Positions 55,856 to 64,000 of a stretch of 64,000 bases of DNA are shown one piece after another. A program made the position numbers and the translations under genes. This stretch comes from a virus. Its lineage: Duplodnaviria > Caudoviricetes. The stretch covers positions 25,012 to 89,011 of IMG/VR virus record IMGVR_UViG_3300017766_003652, one strand, 5' to 3'. The notes beneath the pieces are model-generated. The model saw nothing but the letters and a program-made list of their open reading frames with translations. It was not told where the DNA came from and searched no databases. The number at the start of each line of letters is the position of its first letter. Positions within the stretch are counted from its first letter, which is position 1.

Positions 55856-56835
55856 TGCCAAAGAAGTTCCGACAGCTCGATTGGATCGGCCGCAGGGATA
55901 ACGACCCGCGGCCAATCATCTATTTTAGCGGGCACTATATCGACGAGAGCGAGCACTGTACAGTGGTGCCGATCACCCATCGGTGCGTGTCTTACTATTC
56001 CTATCTGCACCGCGGATTCAAAGAGGCTAACTTTGAGGTCCTCTTTCAGCGAGGGGTCGGGGTCTTCCTGGACTCCGGGGCGTTTACCCTCCAGCAAAAG
56101 CCGGGGCTCAAGTGGAAGGACGTCAAGCCCTTTATCGCCGGATACTGCAAGTTCCTCGATACCTTCAAGAGCCGCCTGGACTGGTACGCCACCATGGACT
56201 ACCAGCGGGATGCCAAGACCTCCCAAGATGCGACGACCTACCTCCAGGAACGGGGGTACCTGGCAACCCCGGTCTATCATGGCAACGACAGCCTCGATTG
56301 GCTCCACCGGATGATAGACGAGGGGTACCCCTTGATTGCGGTCGCAAAGCCCTTCCAGACCGAGACCAGCCGCTCCTTCGCTACAGGCCCGAATCTCCGG
56401 CGCTTGTATGATCGGGTCCACAACATCGCCGCCAAGCATGGGGTCGCTCTCCATGGGCTGGCCCAGACCGGGAACCTGATGTTCGAGTACCCGTGGTACT
56501 CGGTTGACTCCACCTCCTGGCTCGATGGCCAACGCCGTGGGGTCCTCTTCCTCCCGGATACCGGGAACGGTCGAGTACTAAAGCTGGTGATGGGGTTCCG
56601 CACCGTTGCCGAGCTCCGGGCTGGTAAGCCCGCAAAGCCGGATGGGTGGGACCATGTTGAACCGAATCTCCTGGCGAGATTCGACGCCAAAAGGAAACAG
56701 CTCAAGATGTCCTGGAAACAGATCTGGACTGACTACCGATATCGGAACGCCTTCAATATGCAATCCTTCCAGGAGTACTCCAACCTCCGGGCAAAACAGA
56801 GCCCGAAGTACTCCCTTCAGAGCACCCTGCTCTAG
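55855..56835 (+). CDS. dpdA: DpdA-like (TGT-family) DNA transglycosylase, copy 2
   Basis: FLDSGAFT, PVYHG, LHGLA, YPWYSVDSTSW. Confidence 0.75.
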   Translation: MPKKFRQLDWIGRRDNDPRPIIYFSGHYIDESEHCTVVPITHRCVSYYSYLHRGFKEANFEVLFQRGVGVFLDSGAFTLQQKPGLKWKDVKPFIAGYCKFLDTFKSRLDWYATMDYQRDAKTSQDATTYLQERGYLATPVYHGNDSLDWLHRMIDEGYPLIAVAKPFQTETSRSFATGPNLRRLYDRVHNIAAKHGVALHGLAQTGNLMFEYPWYSVDSTSWLDGQRRGVLFLPDTGNGRVLKLVMGFRTVAELRAGKPAKPDGWDHVEPNLLARFDAKRKQLKMSWKQIWTDYRYRNAFNMQSFQEYSNLRAKQSPKYSLQSTLL

Positions 56836-56912
56836 GATCGCGTATAAACAATCTGAGGCCCCGGAGGGTATCCAACCGCCGGACGGGCCAGTACAATCGC
56901 AAGGAGCCCCGT

Positions 56913-57551
56913 TTGCGGTTGAAATTTCGGGGGTATAAAGAGGGAGTGATGCAAGATAAACCAAAGCCGGCCGGACATTGGGAACGGATGATAGCCGAGG
57001 GGCTCCGCGGGATGCTGGAGTCTCTGCACGAAGGGGACAGCCTTGCCCCGGAGGACTACGAGGAACACACCGAGGATACCCCGAACCGGGTTGTCAAGGC
57101 CTACCGGGAGTTCTTTGTGGGCTGCAAGATCGACCCGCGCAAGATCCTGGAGAGGAGCTTCACCAGCGGGAGCTACGATCAGATGGTCACTGTCATGGAT
57201 CTGGATGTCACCAGTTTCTGTAGCCACCATCTCCTGCCGTTTGTTGGGAAGGCCCATTTTGCGTACGTCCCCAATGGCAAGATCGTCGGGTTATCCAAGG
57301 TGCCCCGGTTCATCGACGTACTCGCGGCCCGGCCTCAGGTCCAGGAGCGGTTGTCGCAACAGATCGTGGACATATTCCAGGATACGGTCGGGCCCCTCGG
57401 TTGCGGGGTGGTACTGGATTGCCTCCACACTTGTATGAGCGTTCGCGGGGTCAAGAAAACCGGGATCACCCGGACAACGGCTCTGCGCGGGGTATTCACG
57501 CAGGATACGGTTCGCAATGAGTTTCTGACGGCCATCGGGAGGGCAAAATAG
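56913..57551 (+). CDS. folE: GTP cyclohydrolase I
   Basis: TPNRV, SFCSHHLLPF, GLSK, RPQVQERL, HTCMSVRG; TACAAT at 56892 and AAGGAG upstream. Confidence 0.95.
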   Translation: MRLKFRGYKEGVMQDKPKPAGHWERMIAEGLRGMLESLHEGDSLAPEDYEEHTEDTPNRVVKAYREFFVGCKIDPRKILERSFTSGSYDQMVTVMDLDVTSFCSHHLLPFVGKAHFAYVPNGKIVGLSKVPRFIDVLAARPQVQERLSQQIVDIFQDTVGPLGCGVVLDCLHTCMSVRGVKKTGITRTTALRGVFTQDTVRNEFLTAIGRAK

Positions 57552-58666
57552 TGCAGGTAAATGCGCATCAGCTACTAGGGGCAATCGAGGTACTGAACCT
57601 TGTCCCGGCACGGTCTGGCGTTCGCAGTAGCGAAATCGTTAAGATCGTAGCCAAAAAGAAATCGCTTCAGCTCATGCTGGCGAGCGAGATCAAAGGTTGC
57701 GTCTCGGTACCAACCGCGGACGGGGAGGACTACGAGGTCTTTGTGGATCGGGCAAAGCTGTTCTCGTTCCTCAACCTCGCCAAGGGCTCCAAGAAAGAGG
57801 CGACCTTCTCGCTGACCTACACCCAGGAGGCCGGAGGGGTTGCCCTGGAAATCAAACTCGGCCGGCGCCGTGCCGAGTATATCGGGATTGACCCGGTCTC
57901 TGGCTATAGCAAGGTCGGGGCTGTACAGGAGGAGAAGGAACTCTCCCTCGATGCTGAGCTGGTCGCCCTGGTCGGGCTGGCCGCAAAGTATACCACCACC
58001 GACTTTACCCGACCGGAGTTGAACGGGGTCCATCTCCTCAAGAAAACAGACATGGTCGTCTCCTCGAAGATCGGGGCGATTAACTTTGCCGGGGAACACA
58101 AAGGGATCTCCGTCACCACTCCCCTCCCGGAGGAGTTCTCGGCCTTCCTGACCCAGGCCACCAAGGTGCTGGTCAGCCGCTCCGGTTGTCGGCTGGTCTT
58201 CCCCTCCGGGAGCCTGTTCCGATCCTTCAACGACGATCAGTTCACGGGCAAGATCGCCAGTATTGCCGACCTGCTCAAGCAGTTTGCGGCCGAGCCCCTG
58301 GCGATCCAATGTAGTGCCGAGGCTCTGCAACGGGCCCTGGGTCGCCTGAAGAGCTGCTGCGGTGAGGACAGCGACTATCCGGTCCTCCTGTCCGCAGCGA
58401 AGGGGGAAACGACCCTGACGATGACCGTGAAGGGGGAAACCTGGCAGTTCGATGAGGTACTCCGCAACGTCACGTTGAAGGGGGCCGTGACCTTCGACCT
58501 CCCTCTGTTCCATCTCCTCCCGATGCTGGAGGCTGCGGCCTCCGACAAGGACTACTTGGTCAAACTCCACTTCTCAAAGGGGGCCTCAGCCGGCTACGCC
58601 AAACTGGATGCCAAGGGCTGGCACCTACTTATGTGCCGGACCAAGGTGGAGGAGAAGGGGAAATGA
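57551..58666 (+). CDS. dnaN: DNA polymerase III beta-like sliding clamp
   Basis: 371 aa; TDFTRPELNGVHL motif; three-domain length; replication context. Confidence 0.65.
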   Translation: MQVNAHQLLGAIEVLNLVPARSGVRSSEIVKIVAKKKSLQLMLASEIKGCVSVPTADGEDYEVFVDRAKLFSFLNLAKGSKKEATFSLTYTQEAGGVALEIKLGRRRAEYIGIDPVSGYSKVGAVQEEKELSLDAELVALVGLAAKYTTTDFTRPELNGVHLLKKTDMVVSSKIGAINFAGEHKGISVTTPLPEEFSAFLTQATKVLVSRSGCRLVFPSGSLFRSFNDDQFTGKIASIADLLKQFAAEPLAIQCSAEALQRALGRLKSCCGEDSDYPVLLSAAKGETTLTMTVKGETWQFDEVLRNVTLKGAVTFDLPLFHLLPMLEAAASDKDYLVKLHFSKGASAGYAKLDAKGWHLLMCRTKVEEKGK

Positions 58667-58872
58667 GCGAGGCCCAAGCAAAACAGGACCTCGCTATCAA
58701 GCACTACGCGGCGACCTGGAGGGATGCCAAAAGACTCGCTAAGGCCCTGGTCGGGACCGCGGAGTACTGGGGCGCCGTCCGGAACTACTACTTGGAGCTG
58801 GGCGGGCTTTACGTCCGCCAGCTGCCGGTTAAAAAGCAGGCCCTGTACTTCTCAGGGGCCCCAACGGTCTGA
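58663..58872 (+). CDS. Hypothetical protein
   Basis: ATGA overlap; GGAG upstream. Confidence 0.55.
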   Translation: MSEAQAKQDLAIKHYAATWRDAKRLAKALVGTAEYWGAVRNYYLELGGLYVRQLPVKKQALYFSGAPTV

Positions 58873-58889
58873 GCGTAGGATAGGTATAC

Positions 58890-61637
58890 ATGCCAGTACT
58901 TCTTGCGGATCTCCTTAGCGGCAAGGCTACCAAGATCCAAACGGTAAAGGGACGGGTCGTCAATCCTGACGGCTCCGTCTCAAAGCGGGGGCTCCTCGGA
59001 TGCGAGGGATGCCCCCTGAACAAGAGCCCATTCAAGTTCCTCAGTACCAAGAACCTTGCGGACAAGAAAGTGGTCCTCTGGTCCCTGGCTCCCGCGGCTC
59101 GGGAGATCGAGCAGGAGAAAATGTACGCCTCTGACTCCTGGCGATGGCTTTGGAAACAGTTTGAGAAGGTAGGTCTGGCAAAAGAGGATTTCGCAAAGCA
59201 GTACGTGGTACGGTGCCACCCTGTAGAGAAACGGGATGGCAAACTATTCAACCGGCTCCCGTCCAAGGTTGAGCTGCGGCAATGCTCCCATCATACGAAC
59301 CGGATGTTGAACGAGCTCGGGGATTCCCCGCGGGTATGGGTCGTTGTCGGGGTCGAGACCGCGGAGCAACTCCTCCGAGGGGAGTTCAAGAAGTCCAAGC
59401 CTGTATTTTGGTCGGAGAAGTACGGGGTCCATGTGATCTATATCGACCACCCTTTGACCCTTATGCAGGGCAAGGCTGATTGGAAACTGGAGAAGTTCCG
59501 GGCCCGTCTCAAGGCCCTGCCGTTTCTGATCGAGAACCGGGGTCGCTGGGCGTACCTAAACAAAGCGGACTATGGTGGCCTCTTCAAACCGAAAGAGGTG
59601 GCTCACTGGCTCGATATCATGCGGGCCAAGGCCAAGAAGGGCGTACGCATCTCGGTCGATATCGAGGATGCCAAGATAAACGGGACCCGCCGCCTACTCT
59701 GTGTAGGCTTTGCCGCTTCTACAACCAAGGCAAGGGCAGTGGTCCTCTACCATCCGGAAAACAAGTACCCTCAGTACATCGAACGGAACCTGGCCTTGGT
59801 GAAGGAGTTCCTGGAGGACCCCAGCATACAGAAGGTCCTCCATTATGGTTCGAGTGATAAGCGGGGGCTCCGCAAGACCGCGGGCATTAAACTCCGGGGG
59901 TACGAGTACGACACAACCTACGCCCATTACCTCCGGTACACCTTCCTGCGGAGTCATGGGCTGGAGGCGATCGCAGATGAACACTACCCCCTCTTTGCGG
60001 GGTACAAGCAGTATGTCGCCCAGTACACCGCGGGAGGGGATTTCAGCAAGATCCCCCTGCAAAAGATTATCCGGTATAACTGCCAGGATACCTGCCTGAC
60101 CAAGCAGATCGAGAAGGATACAGAGCCCCACATCTCCCTCCCCCTCCTCAAGGTCTACACCTGGGCGGGCATGACGATCTCCTCTATGGAACGCCGAGGC
60201 CCCGCTTTCGATGAGAGGTATGCCAAGGAAGTCGTCAGTATCGTTCCCAAACGCATCGAGAAACTGATTACAGAGCTGAAGCTCCTATCAGGGGACCCGG
60301 AGTTCAACCCCGGAGCCAACCTCGAAGTGGCGGCAATCCTCTATGACAAACTGGGGATGCCTTGCGTGAATGACAAACCCGGTAAGGAACGGGCTACGGA
60401 CAAGCAGACCCTCGACCTCCTGAGCCAGGAGGCGGAGCACCCATTTCTCGATGCCCTCAAAGAGTGGCGCTCCTACGAGAAGATGGAGGGCACCTATATC
60501 AAGAAATACGCTGAGAGCGCCCGTTTGAACAATGGGGAGCTAAGAGCCAAGTGGTACCTTACGGGCGCCGTAACGGGGCGCCTACGCTGCGGAGGGAAGG
60601 GAGATGGGTTCGAGGGGGTTATCAACTTTCAGAACCTCCATGGGAAGCCCTTCCTCCAGAACATGCTGGTCAGCGATCCCAAGTGGCGGGACATCCTAAT
60701 CGGCACAGATGAGTATACAGTCTCTACCTCCTTTGCCGAGGATAACGGGGACCTCTGGGTCTTTCTATCTGCCGACTATTCCCAGGTTGAAATCAGGATG
60801 CTGGCCGAGGTCAGCGGGGACAAGCTCCTCCTGAAGCAGTTCCAGGATGCGGCTCTAGCCGAGGACCCCAGTGATCCTAGAGCAGACATTCACTGCCTGG
60901 TCGGTAACCTCCTGAACCCGGCGTGGTCCCTGGAGTTCATCAAAGGGGATAAGCCGACCAGAACCTTCATCAAGAACTGCCACTTCGGTATGGTGTACGG
61001 ATTGTCCGAGGAGGGGCTGTATCACTACCTAGTTGCCAAGGGAGTCAAGACCTCGCTCAAGAAAGTACGCAAGTTCCATCGGGCCTACTTTGCCAAGTAC
61101 AAAGGCGTTGCCCGGTTCATCGAGGTTATGAGAGAGAAGGCCGAGAGAGAAGGGCACGTAGACACCATATTTGGTTTTGTCCGTAGGGTAGGAGCCGGCG
61201 ACTACGATACCTCCCGGTCAACTAACCCGATGAACCAAGCGATCAATAGCCCGATTCAAGGGGCTGCCCACCAGCTCCTCCTGAACATCATGGCGATTCT
61301 CAACCGCAAACCGGCCCAGTATCATCTGCTGGCCAACCTCCTCGCCGAGGTACACGACGCCCTGGTCTACCGCGTGCGGCTCCGGGATCTTCCCGCTGCG
61401 TATAATCAATGCAAGGAACTCATGGAGAAACAGGTCGCAGACTTTACGCATAAGATCTTTGGCCGGGCCCTACGGGTCCCGCTCCTCTCTGAATGTTCTG
61501 CCGGGTTCCGGTACGGGGTTCAGGTTGAGTATCATGGAGCCCCGGCCTCGGAGTTCCTCAAGGCGTGGAACAAAAAGAATGCCAAGGTAGAGGCCGAGGT
61601 AGCGGCAGAGTTTCTGACGGAGCGTAAGGCTCGATGA
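58890..61637 (+). CDS. polA: Family A DNA polymerase with N-terminal uracil-DNA-glycosylase-like domain and 3'-5' exonuclease
   Basis: CEGCPL...VRCHP...P...ELRQC; VDIED, YNCQD; ADYSQVEIR, KNCHFGMVYG, EVHDAL. Confidence 0.93.
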   Translation: MPVLLADLLSGKATKIQTVKGRVVNPDGSVSKRGLLGCEGCPLNKSPFKFLSTKNLADKKVVLWSLAPAAREIEQEKMYASDSWRWLWKQFEKVGLAKEDFAKQYVVRCHPVEKRDGKLFNRLPSKVELRQCSHHTNRMLNELGDSPRVWVVVGVETAEQLLRGEFKKSKPVFWSEKYGVHVIYIDHPLTLMQGKADWKLEKFRARLKALPFLIENRGRWAYLNKADYGGLFKPKEVAHWLDIMRAKAKKGVRISVDIEDAKINGTRRLLCVGFAASTTKARAVVLYHPENKYPQYIERNLALVKEFLEDPSIQKVLHYGSSDKRGLRKTAGIKLRGYEYDTTYAHYLRYTFLRSHGLEAIADEHYPLFAGYKQYVAQYTAGGDFSKIPLQKIIRYNCQDTCLTKQIEKDTEPHISLPLLKVYTWAGMTISSMERRGPAFDERYAKEVVSIVPKRIEKLITELKLLSGDPEFNPGANLEVAAILYDKLGMPCVNDKPGKERATDKQTLDLLSQEAEHPFLDALKEWRSYEKMEGTYIKKYAESARLNNGELRAKWYLTGAVTGRLRCGGKGDGFEGVINFQNLHGKPFLQNMLVSDPKWRDILIGTDEYTVSTSFAEDNGDLWVFLSADYSQVEIRMLAEVSGDKLLLKQFQDAALAEDPSDPRADIHCLVGNLLNPAWSLEFIKGDKPTRTFIKNCHFGMVYGLSEEGLYHYLVAKGVKTSLKKVRKFHRAYFAKYKGVARFIEVMREKAEREGHVDTIFGFVRRVGAGDYDTSRSTNPMNQAINSPIQGAAHQLLLNIMAILNRKPAQYHLLANLLAEVHDALVYRVRLRDLPAAYNQCKELMEKQVADFTHKIFGRALRVPLLSECSAGFRYGVQVEYHGAPASEFLKAWNKKNAKVEAEVAAEFLTERKAR

Positions 61638-62170
61638 AACTGGATATAGAGGGGACCTTGGATTTCATCACATCCCGGCAAATCGATCTGCCCAAACTCC
61701 TGAAGAGCCTGGACTACGAGCAAAGCCAGGTCGGGGAAGCCTCCAGAACCCACCATAAGATCTTTCTGGATGCCCTGACCTTCAGGACCACCGTTGCCCG
61801 CAAACTCCTAAACAAGAAGACCCTACTGAAGCGGGTCGAGATCGATAGCAAGGCAAAGGCTCGGCGAGAGGCCAAGGACAACCACCAGAAGGTCACGGTG
61901 AACCAATTGGCGGAACTCGCCTCCCTCGACCCTCGGGTCATGAGGCTCCGCAAGGAGGTCGACCAGTTAGAGTTACTGGACGACTACTGCAAAGCTCTTT
62001 TGAAGACTGTAGATAATCGCTTGTACCAGTTGCGCATGGGAACCGACCATCACAAGATGGAAGGCTACCTCCATGGGCAGCTTCCCAACCTTGAGAGATA
62101 CGGGCAGGCGGATGACATGAAAACCGTGCGGGATAACCTGCGCAAGAAATATCCTGGAGGTACTGAGTGA
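61634..62170 (+). CDS. Hypothetical helical protein
   Basis: ATGA overlap with polymerase. Confidence 0.6.
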   Translation: MKLDIEGTLDFITSRQIDLPKLLKSLDYEQSQVGEASRTHHKIFLDALTFRTTVARKLLNKKTLLKRVEIDSKAKARREAKDNHQKVTVNQLAELASLDPRVMRLRKEVDQLELLDDYCKALLKTVDNRLYQLRMGTDHHKMEGYLHGQLPNLERYGQADDMKTVRDNLRKKYPGGTE

Positions 62171-62338
62171 TAAGCGGATACCTTGGAATAAGTTTGTTAG
62201 TGGCGGGGGTCTCCGGGCTCTCCGCAGCTTTCATTTGGATTGTCGGCAGGAGTTTGATTCGGTTCTACTTTGCCCACAAATCCCGTTACCTGATGACGCT
62301 CGAAGCGTCGATTGATCCCCATAACTAAGGAGCCTATT

Positions 62339-63850
62339 GTGGCAAAAGAAATACCCGATTGGAAGAAGAAGGCGAAGGACACCGTAAAGAAGCGGCAGTC
62401 CTCCTCCCGGTACAAACTGGAGGGCGGCGAGAATACGTTCCGGGTCCTCCCCAACAAGAAGGGCGGCGACAAGGCCCCCTACATTGAAGTGATGGTCCAC
62501 CGGGAGGTCGGGCCGGAGCGCAAGTTCGTAACCTGCGGTCATGACCGGGGTGGGAAGGGCAAGTGCTGGCTCTGCGACAAGATCCTCCCCAAACTCACCA
62601 GCAGCGGTAAGCCGGCCCTCCTCAAACGGGCGGCCGAGATGGCGGCCGTGGAACAGATGATTCTCCAGGTCTCGCCGATTGACCCGGACAAGAGCGGGGC
62701 CAAGGCCTTTGGGGAACCGAAGCCCTGGAACCTCATGGCTGGGGGAGCCAAGGCCCTTTCGACCTCCCTGCTCCGGCTCCTCGGCTCCGATCGCCGGCAG
62801 TACGAGCACCCGCGGAAAGGGTATAACCTCAACCTGGAACGCACAGGGACCGGGTTAGATACCCGCTACGGGACCATCGAGCCGGACGATGAGCCGAGCG
62901 AGGTTCCGCAGAACATCCTCGACCTCATCAAGCCGCTGGAGACCCTCGTCCAGCCCTACAACGAAGCCGAGATGAAGAAGATCTACGGCGCCGGGGATAA
63001 GGGTGCCGATGACGAGGACCTCGACGAGGACGATGCCAACGACGAGGAGGAGGAAGAAGAGACCCCCAAGAAGGGCAAGGGTAAATCCAAGGCCAAGGGC
63101 AAGGCCAAGGACGACGAGGATGAGGACGAGGACGACTCCGAGGATGAGGACGAGGACGAGGCCCCCAAGAAATCCAAAGGCAAGGGCAAGGCCAAGCCTG
63201 CGGATGACGACGAGGATGAGGAGGACGAGGACGACGAGGAGGATGACGAGGACGAGGAAGATGAGGCTCCCAAGAAGGGCAAGGGTAAGCCGGTAGCCAA
63301 GGGCAAGGGCAAGTCCAAGTCCGATGACGAGGACGAGGATGAAGACGAGGACGAGGAAGATGAGGAGGACGAGGACGAGGACGACGAGGATGAGGCCCCC
63401 AAGAAGGGTAAGTCCAAGCCGGTAGCCAAGGGCAAGGCCAAGGCCAAGCCTGCGGATGACGACGAGGACGAGGATGAGGATGAGGATGAGGACGACGAGG
63501 ATGAGGACGACGAAGATCCTCCCTCCAAGAAGTCCAAGTCCAAGCCGGCCGCCAAGGGCAAGGCCAAGCCTGCGGATGACGATGACGATGAGGATGAGGA
63601 GGACGATGAGGATGAGGAGGACGATGAAGATCCTCCCGCCAAGAAGGGCAAGGGCAAACCCGCTCCGGCCAAGGGTAAGGCCAAGGCCAAGCCCGCAGAT
63701 GACGACGAGGATGAGGATGAGGACGATTCCGATGACGAGGACGATGAGGACGAGGATGAGGCCCCCAAGAAAACCAAGGCCAAGCCGGTAGCCAAGCCGG
63801 CGGCTAAGGGTAAAGGGAAACCGACCCCGGCCAAAGGCAAGAAGAAGTAA
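62339..63850 (+). CDS. ssb: gp32-like single-stranded DNA-binding protein with long charge-block tail
   Basis: NTFRVLP; H-x11-C-x9-C-x2-C; GYNLNLERTGTGLDTRY; AAGGAG upstream of GTG 62339. Confidence 0.75.
   Translation: MAKEIPDWKKKAKDTVKKRQSSSRYKLEGGENTFRVLPNKKGGDKAPYIEVMVHREVGPERKFVTCGHDRGGKGKCWLCDKILPKLTSSGKPALLKRAAEMAAVEQMILQVSPIDPDKSGAKAFGEPKPWNLMAGGAKALSTSLLRLLGSDRRQYEHPRKGYNLNLERTGTGLDTRYGTIEPDDEPSEVPQNILDLIKPLETLVQPYNEAEMKKIYGAGDKGADDEDLDEDDANDEEEEEETPKKGKGKSKAKGKAKDDEDEDEDDSEDEDEDEAPKKSKGKGKAKPADDDEDEEDEDDEEDDEDEEDEAPKKGKGKPVAKGKGKSKSDDEDEDEDEDEEDEEDEDEDDEDEAPKKGKSKPVAKGKAKAKPADDDEDEDEDEDEDDEDEDDEDPPSKKSKSKPAAKGKAKPADDDDDEDEEDDEDEEDDEDPPAKKGKGKPAPAKGKAKAKPADDDEDEDEDDSDDEDDEDEDEAPKKTKAKPVAKPAAKGKGKPTPAKGKKK
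63008..63847 (+). repeat. Seven acidic blocks alternating with seven Lys/Gly/Ala/Pro blocks
   Basis: GAT/GAC/GAG runs alternate with cccaagaagggcaag-type units. Confidence 0.95.
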
Positions 63851-63857
63851 CCCTAAA

Positions 63858-63884
63858 GGGGGCGCTCCGGCGCCCCCGTCTTTT
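63858..63884 (+). terminator. Intrinsic terminator
   Basis: GGGGGCGC-TCCG-GCGCCCCC plus GTCTTTT. Confidence 0.75.
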
Positions 63885-63893
63885 GGAGGATTC

Positions 63894-64000
63894 ATGAGAA
63901 GCCAATTGAACAGTCTGGACCAAATCAGAAAGAAGCTTGGGAGGGTTTGCCAGGAATGGAAACCTCAGTTCTTTCTGGATCTGGGACCGGATCTGAATAA
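63894..64000 (+). CDS. 5' end of a gene cut by the window edge (possibly RecA-like)
   Basis: GGAGG upstream; MRSQLNSLDQIRKKLG...FLDLGPDLN loosely resembles the RecA TGs..LD segment. Confidence 0.3.
   Translation, partial: MRSQLNSLDQIRKKLGRVCQEWKPQFFLDLGPDLN

Noticed and set aside
61401-61425. TATAAT plus AAGGA before an in-frame ATG near the end of the polymerase gene
   Set aside because: Explained by coding sequence (AYNQCKELM), with no -35 box or other support; it could at most be a promoter for the downstream gene.
62855-63895. Very hydrophobic Leu/Val/Ile and poly-Ser minus-strand ORFs
   Set aside because: Antisense readings of the Asp/Glu/Lys repeat in the SSB tail.
1-64000. Integrase, repressor, tRNA, rRNA, intron or intein
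   Set aside because: No supporting motifs seen by eye; they may lie outside this window.

Overview
This window is part of a GC-rich tailed dsDNA phage or prophage genome (HK97-fold head, long non-contractile-type tail), almost entirely on the + strand. Layout: ~1-17.1 kb small accessory ORFs, several with signal peptides; 17.3-24 kb terminase small and large subunits split by about 11 inserted ORFs; 24-33.8 kb FliA-like sigma factor, portal, AmpD-like amidase, MuF-ADP-ribosyltransferase fusion, prohead protease, major capsid and neck; 33.8-46.6 kb tail module with a -1 frameshifting chaperone and TP901-type tape measure; 46.7-47.4 kb a small divergent cassette; 47.5-64 kb replication and DNA modification (SF2 helicase, DnaB, primase, 5'-3' exonuclease, second sigma, two tandem DpdA-like transglycosylases, FolE, beta clamp, UDG-like/PolA, gp32-like SSB). 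I saw no integrase, repressor, tRNA, rRNA or CRISPR array. The strongest leads are a tail-assembly-chaperone/protein-lysine-methyltransferase fusion, duplicated DpdA-like genes next to folE, an SSB with a ~280-aa alternating acidic/basic tail, a MuF toxin with a possible immunity ORF, and a sigma28-like factor with matching GCCGATAA boxes before structural genes. All family assignments come from motif recognition by eye, with no database searches. The host is not identifiable from this window; a diderm host is a weak inference.
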